Shown here: piece after piece, positions 28,046-35,489 of the stretch
How positions within the stretch are numbered: the first letter of the stretch is position 1
Layout: each line of letters starts with the position of its first letter
Assembly (NCBI GenBank): GCA_013817595.1
Contig: JACDCK010000001.1
Span: forward strand, 1-55,326
Direction of reading: 5' to 3'
Length of the DNA: 55,326 nucleotides
Source: Pyrinomonadaceae bacterium
GTDB lineage: Bacteria > Acidobacteriota > Blastocatellia > Pyrinomonadales > Pyrinomonadaceae
Notes under the pieces: model-generated
What the model saw: the letters and a program-made list of their open reading frames with translations, nothing else
Databases searched by the model: none
Told to the model about the DNA's origin: nothing
Program-made: the position numbers and the translations under genes

Positions 28046-29539
28046 TTACGGATGCAAGGGTCCTGAGCCGATATCAGTCTGTTTAGTTGTGTCTGCGGGT
28101 TGCTGTGCCGGAACAGGAACCTGGGCGGTTTCCCCCAGGGCCGCCCCCGGCGCTGCAACTGGAGTTGGTTGTGGAGGAGGTATTTGCGGTGCGGGCGCCG
28201 TGTGCTGTTTCGCGTCTCCTGAGGGCAGAGGCGATGCGGCCGCGGGCATCTCTGCTTCCTCATCCACGAGCGCGGGGGGGATGATATCGAGCACCACTCG
28301 ATACTCGACATCGAGAAAGCGACTGACTGCGCCCTTGATGTCCTCAGCAGTGATTCGTAAATACTGATCGAGCTCGGAATCGATTAGGTAAGGATCACCG
28401 TCATAGAGCGCATACTCGGCGATGCGTTGCGCGCGATACATCGTTGATTGCCTGCCACGAACAGCGTCATTGCACAATGAGTTTAGCAGCTTTTCCATCT
28501 CCCCCTCGGATGGGCCCCACGTTCCCAGGCGCTTTATCTCATCAAAGATCTCCTGGCGGATGACGACTACCTCTTCCCCAGGTTTTGGCAGAGCGAAAAT
28601 GTACCAGGCCGATGGCCCGCGTCGCTCATCTACGCCCCCCTGAATTGAAACCACCGACTCATCACCCTTAACCAACTTCTGGTAGAGCCTCGAGCTATCT
28701 CCTTCGAAGAGCAGTTCGGCAGCAAGTGTAAGCGCGTAGTAGTCTGGTGTCCTGCGAGCGGGAATCTTCCAACCCAGGACGAACGCAGGGGCCGGTGCAA
28801 GCTTGTCGTAGTAGGTTTCCTGAGTTCGTGCGACTTCACCAGATTCGCTCACATCAATTGGAGGCGGATCGGGCTGGCCGGGAATCTCCTCGAAGTACTT
28901 CTCCACCAAAGCGCGAGCTTCTTGTTCATCGAAATCACCGACAATGCTCAGCACGGCATTATTCGGGGCGTAGAAAACTCGGAAAAACTCTCGGACGTCG
29001 TCGATTGTAGCAGCGTCCAGATCCTCCATCGAGCCGATGGTCGAATGTGCGTTGGCCGGATTCTTGAAGATCAGCTCATTGATGCGCAGAAAGGCATTGA
29101 TGTAAGGCTGATTATCGTAACGTAATCTTTTCTCTTCCTGGACTGCATTGCGCTGGTTGTCCAGGTTCTCCTGTGTCACTTTCAATGAGCGCATGCGATC
29201 GCTCTCGAGCCACAGCGCCAGCGGAAGATAATTGGCAGGGAGCGTTTCAAAGTAGTTTGTGCGCTCGGTGGACGTTGTGCCATTCATTGTTCCGCCCGCA
29301 TTAAAGATGTGCTGAAAGTGGGCAGCCTTGGGAACATTCTCCGATCCTTGAAACATCATGTGTTCGAAAAGATGGGCGAACCCGGTACGGCCCTCTTTCT
29401 CGTTGCGCGAGCCTACATCATAATAAACGGCGACGGAGACTACAGGAACAGACTGATCCTTGCTCAGTATGACGCGAAGACCATTTGGTAGCATGAATTG
29501 CCGAATTGTTGTTGGTGGGAGCTGAAAAGTTTCTGCCAC
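28046..29539 (-). CDS. M16-family zinc metallopeptidase (catalytic subunit) with Pro/Ala-rich C-terminal tail
   Basis: 497 aa. Inverted zinc motif HLFEHMMFQGS (HxxEH), NGTTSTERTNYFE, and the M16 C-terminal domain. Confidence 0.9.
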   Translation of the reverse strand: MAETFQLPPTTIRQFMLPNGLRVILSKDQSVPVVSVAVYYDVGSRNEKEGRTGFAHLFEHMMFQGSENVPKAAHFQHIFNAGGTMNGTTSTERTNYFETLPANYLPLALWLESDRMRSLKVTQENLDNQRNAVQEEKRLRYDNQPYINAFLRINELIFKNPANAHSTIGSMEDLDAATIDDVREFFRVFYAPNNAVLSIVGDFDEQEARALVEKYFEEIPGQPDPPPIDVSESGEVARTQETYYDKLAPAPAFVLGWKIPARRTPDYYALTLAAELLFEGDSSRLYQKLVKGDESVVSIQGGVDERRGPSAWYIFALPKPGEEVVVIRQEIFDEIKRLGTWGPSEGEMEKLLNSLCNDAVRGRQSTMYRAQRIAEYALYDGDPYLIDSELDQYLRITAEDIKGAVSRFLDVEYRVVLDIIPPALVDEEAEMPAAASPLPSGDAKQHTAPAPQIPPPQPTPVAAPGAALGETAQVPVPAQQPADTTKQTDIGSGPLHP

Positions 29540-29640
29540 GTTTTGTCTCGATTCGCCTAATTTTTATTTGGGCGTGCTCTCCCCCTGGGTGGGAAAACAG
29601 TTCTGTGTTGAACTTAAGGGGAGCGCCGTAAAGGTCCGGA

Positions 29641-30072
29641 TTAGGTCGGCTTTTCGTTAATCATGCTGCGCAATTCTGCACGCAGGCGTTCAATCTCAGC
29701 AAGCTTCTGTTCCACGCGGCCAAATAGTGCAGCCTGGGTCCGGATACCTTCGTCGATCAGGAAACCAGCGGCTTCAGCGCGGTTGCGAAAAACGCCGGCC
29801 TGAACTAATTGCTCGAGTTTGTCCTGGGCTTCGGGGGAGATCTTAACGGCAACTACGTAATCGTCCTTTGCGGACATAGCTCGCTCAATCGTTCGACTGA
29901 TGTCGCGCCCGATTGCACTCAGCGATTCAGGGATACGGGAGGCGATGTCGCGTACCGATGAAACAGTTCGTGCCGGGTCCTCGGAATCACCATGCGGCTC
30001 GTCTCCGCGAAGCATTAAATCATCAACCTTTTCGGACTCACGGTGCTCTTCTCTCTGGTATGGGCTGCTCAT
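29641..30072 (-). CDS. putative ribbon-helix-helix (CopG/Arc-like) protein
   Basis: 143 aa. The segment VAVKISPEAQDKLEQLVQAGVFRNRAEAAGFLIDEGI has the beta-strand/helix/helix pattern and the R-x-EA-x-x-FLI signature typical of RHH proteins. Acidic disordered N-terminus. Upstream of, and co-directional with, the M16 pair. Confidence 0.5.
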   Translation of the reverse strand: MSSPYQREEHRESEKVDDLMLRGDEPHGDSEDPARTVSSVRDIASRIPESLSAIGRDISRTIERAMSAKDDYVVAVKISPEAQDKLEQLVQAGVFRNRAEAAGFLIDEGIRTQAALFGRVEQKLAEIERLRAELRSMINEKPT

Positions 30073-30399
30073 ATCTGAAGCTCCTTAAGAATGATCCACT
30101 AGATCGACTTGATTTGATACTTACGTTGACTACCGTTAGTAAGTTCATTCTACGGAGGCATCCGAAGGCCCGTCAAGGTACGCTCATACAAAAGCAGATA
30201 AACTTCCAAATTCGTGGGAATGGACATTCACCCGTTTAGCACTTTTCTATATCCTGGGCGAGGGCGGAAGCCTGCTCTGGAAGAACCAACTGCGGCGTGC
30301 ACAACCTTGCCCACTTAGACGGCATCCTTTAGTATTGCAGTCCGACTGGTGAACTAAGTTTGGTAGACTATACTAGCTAACATTGATTCAGAGGTACTG

Positions 30400-32136
30400 G
30401 TGTTGAAAACGATTTTCTCACGGGCCACAATTGCCCTCTTCCTCTTCACACTCATAATTCCCGGTCTTGTTTTTTCGCAACAGAAGCCGCAGACCCAGCC
30501 TCCGGTGGGTCGCGCAGCTGGAAAGCCGCCTGCGGGGGCCCCGGCGCCGGGCAGACGTGGCACCCGCGTAGACGCTAGTAGTGCCGTTCCACTGATCGAA
30601 AGAGATTTCGACGAAGCGCTGGAGCTTATCCGGGAAAACCACATCGACGGGAAGAAGCTCGATTACAACTCGGTTTTTAAGTCATCAATTATCGGGATGC
30701 TGCGCTCGCTAGATCCGCACTCGAATTATTACGATAGGGAAGAGTTTGATGAGCTAAAAACCGATCAGCGCTCTGAATATTTCGGGATCGGCGCATCGAT
30801 TCAAAACTATACCATCGGCAACGATACCGACACCTTTATCGCGGCCACTTTCGACAAGGCGCCGGCAAACCGGGCCGGCCTGCGATTTGGCGATCGAATT
30901 CTCGAAGTTGATGGCGTCAAGATGGCGGGCAAGCGCTCCATCGACGTGCGCGACAAGATTCGTGGTCCCCGCGGTTCGGTCGTAAAGATTACTGTTGAGC
31001 GTGCTGCCGATAAGCGCGTGCAGACCGCCGAGATTACGCGCGATGCAGTACCTCAACCATCCATTCCCGATGCTTACATGATCAAACCCGGTGTCGGATA
31101 CGTTGATATGACTCGAGGGTTTAATTACACGACAACCGATGAGCTTCAGGAAGCTATTGAAGGCCTTCGCTCAAGAGGTATGAACTCGCTGGTGCTCGAT
31201 CTGCGAAACAACCCGGGCGGGTTTCTGGATCAGGCAATCCACGTCGCGGAAGTGTTTTTGCCCAGCGGTCAGATGATACTGACGCAAAAAGGACGAAACG
31301 GTCTCAGAGACAACACCTACGAATCCAGAAATAGCTCACCGGATCAGACGCCGTTAGTCATCCTGATTAATGAGAATACTGCATCGGCTTCGGAGATCGT
31401 GGCCGGTGCAATGCAAGATCACGATCGAGCACTGATAGTGGGAAAAACCAGCTTTGGGAAAGGCTTGGTTCAAAGCATCATTCCGCTGGAGTACGGCGCG
31501 GGTTTAACTCTTACTTCTGCTAAGTACTTTACTCCTTCGGGTCGATTGATTCAGCGGGATTACTCTAACGGTGGCTTCTACGATTATTACACGCATGGCG
31601 GTTCGATTCGCCTGGATCGTCAGGACGCGCCTGAAAAGCCGGCTGGTCCGGAGACGAAGACGGACAGCGGACGTGCGGTCTACGGCGGAGGCGGTATTTC
31701 GCCTGACGAGAGTGTAAGCCCAAGAACAATCACCCCGGTGCAACGTCGTCTGGTGAATCCAGTCTTTGCTTTTACCAGGGAGTTAGTTAACGGCCGGGTC
31801 CGTGATTTCGAAGCTTACACAGTTCAGCAGGCAATCGATTTCAGTCACGACCTCCAGCCTTCGGATTTTCCGATGACCGACCTGCTCTTCAAGGCCTTTA
31901 AAGAGTTTGTGGCCAAAGATCCGTCACTGAGGGCGTCGGCCCCTCTGTTGGACTCAAACCGGTCGTTCATCGAGTTGCAACTGCGATTCAACATCGTGAC
32001 TGCCGCCTATGGGCGAGTTGTAGCTGATCGGGTCTTCATAGCCATCGACGACCTGCAAGTCGCCCGCGCCATAGATGTCTTGCCGCGGGCCCGTGATTTA
32101 GCTATGTCCGCGATGCGTCGGCGTGCCCAGCCATAA
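30400..32136 (+). CDS. S41 family C-terminal processing peptidase with PDZ domain
   Basis: 578 aa. Signal peptide, PDZ (PANRAGLRFGDRILEVDGVKMAGK), LVLDLRNNPGGFLDQAI, catalytic Ser context NENTASASEIVAG, and Lys context GKTSFGKGLVQS. GTG start after AGAGG. Confidence 0.88.
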   Translation: MLKTIFSRATIALFLFTLIIPGLVFSQQKPQTQPPVGRAAGKPPAGAPAPGRRGTRVDASSAVPLIERDFDEALELIRENHIDGKKLDYNSVFKSSIIGMLRSLDPHSNYYDREEFDELKTDQRSEYFGIGASIQNYTIGNDTDTFIAATFDKAPANRAGLRFGDRILEVDGVKMAGKRSIDVRDKIRGPRGSVVKITVERAADKRVQTAEITRDAVPQPSIPDAYMIKPGVGYVDMTRGFNYTTTDELQEAIEGLRSRGMNSLVLDLRNNPGGFLDQAIHVAEVFLPSGQMILTQKGRNGLRDNTYESRNSSPDQTPLVILINENTASASEIVAGAMQDHDRALIVGKTSFGKGLVQSIIPLEYGAGLTLTSAKYFTPSGRLIQRDYSNGGFYDYYTHGGSIRLDRQDAPEKPAGPETKTDSGRAVYGGGGISPDESVSPRTITPVQRRLVNPVFAFTRELVNGRVRDFEAYTVQQAIDFSHDLQPSDFPMTDLLFKAFKEFVAKDPSLRASAPLLDSNRSFIELQLRFNIVTAAYGRVVADRVFIAIDDLQVARAIDVLPRARDLAMSAMRRRAQP

Positions 32137-32175
32137 TCCAACTAACCGAAGAATTCAACTTCAGTTGCATAAAGC

Positions 32176-32212
32176 TGAACCGGGGCTGTAAAAGTCCTGG
32201 TTCACTCTTTTC
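32176..32212 (+). terminator. candidate rho-independent terminator after the S41 peptidase gene
   Basis: TGAACCGGGG pairs with TCCTGGTTCA (one mismatch) around a 9-nt loop. CTCTTTTCG follows. Confidence 0.5.
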
Positions 32213-32275
32213 GAGTCCTTAAATTATAGAATGCGTTTCAGCCATAGCACGAAGTCTTGTGTCTAAAACTAAAGT

Positions 32276-32716
32276 GTGTTATGTTTCAGGCCCATGAAAC
32301 GACCTACGAATAGGACGCTCGTGAACACGGAAGAGCTCGGTCGGGCTGTTCGTCGCAAGCGAGACCAGTTAAGCGCAAGTTTGCGAGATGTCGCTAACGC
32401 CACGGGCGTCTCGGCTTCGACCCTGTCTCGTATTGAGAACGGCACTGGCAAACCTGACGCTGACAACATCGCAAGACTTACCACCTGGCTCGACGTGCCC
32501 ATGGAGCGAATTCTCGGCAGCCGGTCTGAAGGCGAAGAGGCCCAGGCAGTAGTTTACTTCCCACGCGAATCAACGCCGGAAATCGTCGAAGCCCATCTTA
32601 GAGCGGATCGCAACCTTACTTCGGAAACTGCTTCCGCACTATCTGAGCTCTTTCGCGTGGCCTACGCCCAGTTCAGCCGAACGGAGCCGGAAAGAACTGC
32701 ACGTAAGCGCCGCTGA
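32276..32716 (+). CDS. XRE-family helix-turn-helix transcriptional regulator
   Basis: The HTH_3-like ELGRAVRRKRDQLSASLRDVANATGVSASTLSRIENGTGKPDADNIARLTTWL. The start is ambiguous (GTG 32276 or ATG 32294). Confidence 0.8.
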   Translation: MLCFRPMKRPTNRTLVNTEELGRAVRRKRDQLSASLRDVANATGVSASTLSRIENGTGKPDADNIARLTTWLDVPMERILGSRSEGEEAQAVVYFPRESTPEIVEAHLRADRNLTSETASALSELFRVAYAQFSRTEPERTARKRR

Positions 32717-32762
32717 ATTCAGCTTCTCAGTAATAACATCAGAATCAGGCTATACTGCTCGC

Positions 32763-33383
32763 GTGGTCCACTCCGATTTACCTCCAGGCGAAAAGTGGCG
32801 AAAGTTTGAGTTGAAAGCTATGGGCCTGCGTGATTTTGCTCGTCTTCGTCGCGATGCCCCTCTAAATCCCTTCGACCTCGCACGCTTTGCCAATCTCTTC
32901 GTGGTTGATATTGAGCGAATCAAGGGTCTCAGCAGCCAGAGCCGGGAACTCCTGCTTGGTTCGGCATCAGGGGAATGGTCTGGCGGAGCCTGCTCGAGAC
33001 CTCTGCCCGATGGCCGAAGAATCGTAGTACTCAACCCGAATCACGGGCCTGCCCGAACTAACGCAACCTTGATGGAGGAGATTTGCCACGTCTTTCTAGG
33101 ACACAAACCTAACCGACTGGCCGTAATTGCTGATGAGAAGCGCGGCCAGATCCTGGCCCGCGACTACCGGAAGCTGGATGAAGAAGCTGCTTATGGGATT
33201 GGCGCAGCTGCTCTGGTACCTTTTGCAGCTCTGCGACGAGCGGTTCTGGAAGGCAAATCAGCAGCGGACGTAGCCCGGCATTTCCGAGTTAGCCGTGATC
33301 TGATTGAATATCGCCTGAAAGTTACTCATCTCTGGAGCACCTACAAATCGGCTCAACTTGAACAAAGCGTTCCGCGTGCGTAA
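32763..33383 (+). CDS. ImmA/IrrE (COG2856) family metallopeptidase-like protein with variant zinc motif
   Basis: 206 aa. The family layout is ...RRIVVLNPNHGPARTNATLMEEICHVFLGH... then EEAAYGIGAAALVPFAAL. The expected HExxH reads EEICH. It lies directly downstream of the XRE gene, the classic pairing. Confidence 0.7.
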   Translation: MVHSDLPPGEKWRKFELKAMGLRDFARLRRDAPLNPFDLARFANLFVVDIERIKGLSSQSRELLLGSASGEWSGGACSRPLPDGRRIVVLNPNHGPARTNATLMEEICHVFLGHKPNRLAVIADEKRGQILARDYRKLDEEAAYGIGAAALVPFAALRRAVLEGKSAADVARHFRVSRDLIEYRLKVTHLWSTYKSAQLEQSVPRA

Positions 33384-33447
33384 AGTAGCAATGTTCCCGG
33401 CTTCATGCCGGAGGCTCAACCCCTTATAATCACTTCTTGAAGTTCTA

Positions 33448-34782
33448 GTGTCATTTTCTCAACCGAAAAACCTATTCTCGAGTATGCATGAACAGTTAAA
33501 AGAGGCGCCTGCGCAAGGTCTGACCACGACCGATAAACTGCGCATGCTTCTCGACATCACCAAAAAGATCAGCCGCTCGCTCGATCTGCAAGAAGTTCTC
33601 AATCTTGTTATGGGGACGCTCGATTCTCTGATCCCCTACGATGCGGCAGGCATTTTTGTCCTGAGGTGCGTGGATCAGGCGGCTGTGGCCCGCGGTGAGG
33701 AACCCTGCGTGTTCGAGGCCGAAGCAGTTAGGGGATATGACATAGACGAACTTTCGGGACTCCACCTGAAACTTGGCGAGGGGATTATCGGCCATGTGGC
33801 GCTGACGACAGAGCCAATCATCTCGCCCGACGTTCGCAACGATCCTCTCTATATTAACGCCCGAGAAGAAACTCGCTCGGAAATGGTAGCCCCGATCATC
33901 TCAAATGATGAAGTGATCGGTGTTTTCGACCTTGAGAGCGATGAACTAAATGCCTACTCAGACGACGATCTTGAAGTGCTCATGATGCTGGCATCACAGG
34001 TCGCGATCATCATCGAAAAGGTGATGCTGCACGAGCAGTTAATTGAAAAGAAGCGACTCGAAGGGCAGCTTGAAGTTGCCAGGCAAGTTCAGTTGGAGTT
34101 GTTGCCGCCAAATGATCCGCAGTTGGAAGGGTTTGACATCAGCGCCTACAACGTCCCGACCGAGGAAGTTTCCGGTGACTATTACGACTGGGTGCCAATC
34201 TATGACGACCAGATATCTTTAGTTATCGCTGACGTCGCAGGAAAAGGAGTGGCGGCAGCCCTGTTGATGGCCTTCCTGCGCGCAAGCCTGCGTGCAGCCA
34301 CACATATCGGCTACGCCCCTCATATCTCCATGGCCAAAGTGAACTACCTGCTGTGGGAATCAATTGAGCGCAACCAGTACGTGACGGCATTCTATGGGAT
34401 TCTTGACGCTACGAATCGGACGCTGTCCTACACGAATGCGGGCCATAATCCGCCACTGTTGCTCGACGCAAAGGGTAATGCACAGTTCATGGAGCGGGGC
34501 GGAGTGCCTCTCGGAATCTTCAGGGACACCCGTTATCACGAGTACTACTTGACGATTGAGCCGAATGAATTGCTCGTGCTGTACACCGATGGAGTGACTG
34601 AAGCAATGAGTCCGAGCGGAGAGGAATTTGGGCGCGACCGACTTGCTAGCTCGGTCAGGGCAGCCAGGCGCTTGCGCGCGAAAGATTTGATAATGGCCGT
34701 TCAGAAGGACGTACTCGACTGGACGGACGGCCTGGGCGCGACCGATGACATTACTTTCTTCGTAGTCAAGGCGTTAACCTAA
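33448..34782 (+). CDS. GAF domain-containing PP2C (SpoIIE/RsbU-type) serine phosphatase
   Basis: 444 aa. GAF region (LGEGIIGHVALTTEPIISPDVRNDPLY...MVAPIISNDEVIGVFDLES). PPM motifs SGDYYDW, ADVAGKGVAAALLMA, LYTDGVTEA and DDITFFVVK. The start is uncertain (GTG 33448 or ATG 33484). Confidence 0.85.
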   Translation: MSFSQPKNLFSSMHEQLKEAPAQGLTTTDKLRMLLDITKKISRSLDLQEVLNLVMGTLDSLIPYDAAGIFVLRCVDQAAVARGEEPCVFEAEAVRGYDIDELSGLHLKLGEGIIGHVALTTEPIISPDVRNDPLYINAREETRSEMVAPIISNDEVIGVFDLESDELNAYSDDDLEVLMMLASQVAIIIEKVMLHEQLIEKKRLEGQLEVARQVQLELLPPNDPQLEGFDISAYNVPTEEVSGDYYDWVPIYDDQISLVIADVAGKGVAAALLMAFLRASLRAATHIGYAPHISMAKVNYLLWESIERNQYVTAFYGILDATNRTLSYTNAGHNPPLLLDAKGNAQFMERGGVPLGIFRDTRYHEYYLTIEPNELLVLYTDGVTEAMSPSGEEFGRDRLASSVRAARRLRAKDLIMAVQKDVLDWTDGLGATDDITFFVVKALT

Positions 34783-34818
34783 ATCGAAAACGGGAGACAA
34801 GAAAGCGCATCTTGTCTC
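34783..34818 (-). terminator. rho-independent terminator for the minus-strand 85-aa gene (hairpin also sits just after the + strand phosphatase gene)
   Basis: GAGACAAG (34794-34801) pairs with CTTGTCTC (34811-34818). On the minus strand the hairpin is followed by CCGTTTTCGATTT. Confidence 0.6.
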
Positions 34819-34843
34819 ACGATTCGAACAGCTCTTTGTAATT

Positions 34844-35101
34844 CTAGTGCGTTTTTAGCGAGCAGTGGGCATGATCGCCACCCGGTGCCAGGGGAGCTCG
34901 GTAATCCCCAAAATGAAATTCAGATTCGGCCTCAGAAAAAGCATATACATCAAAGCCGAAAGCATCGAGATAGTCCGCCAAATCATCGGGCGAAAGGAGA
35001 TAAATGGCGGGAGCGTAACCCGCTTCAGCACGAATTTCCAGCAGGCGCTCGATCACTTCAAGTGGTGCAAAGCATCGAACAGGGTCTCTGTGAGTTGCCA
35101 T
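34844..35101 (-). CDS. small acidic hypothetical protein (85 aa)
   Basis: ATG preceded by a strong SD (AAAGGGAGG, 8 nt upstream on the minus strand) and followed by its own intrinsic terminator. No recognisable family. Confidence 0.6.
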   Translation of the reverse strand: MATHRDPVRCFAPLEVIERLLEIRAEAGYAPAIYLLSPDDLADYLDAFGFDVYAFSEAESEFHFGDYRAPLAPGGDHAHCSLKTH

Positions 35102-35273
35102 GTTTCAGCGCCTCCCTTTCTTTGTTTTTGGGATGGCCTCCGCGAAGCGTCAGTCCCCCAACAACCACTTTGATGTACGCGGCCACCTTCGCGTTTGTTC
35201 GCGCCAGACGTTTCTTTTCGGTCACGGACGCTTATAACTCTGACGTCGCGAATAATGGAAAAGTTGCTTAGAA

Positions 35274-35477
35274 ATGAGCTCTCTACCAAACATTCCGTGT
35301 CCTGAGCCGAGTGGCCTCCCACCTCCCAACTTCATCGACGTGCTGCGCTTAATGCTGCGCGTTTCAGACAAAGTAAACAATCTGATCTTCTCGCCAGGAC
35401 GCCCACCTCAGATTGAATTGACCGGGAAACTTCAGCCGGTGCGAATTCCCGGATTGGAAAAACTTTTCGTTCCGTAA
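35274..35477 (+). pseudogene. N-terminal fragment (67 codons) of a PilT/PilU-type type IV pilus retraction ATPase
   Basis: FIDVLRLMLRVSDKVNNLIFSPGRPPQIELTGKLQPVRIPGLEKL matches the PilT N-terminal domain pattern (ASDLHL-x-x-G-x-PP-x-x-R-x-x-G-x-L). The ORF stops before any Walker A/AAA+ region and no continuation is seen in other frames. Confidence 0.5.
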
Positions 35478-35489
35478 AAGCCTGGGTCT

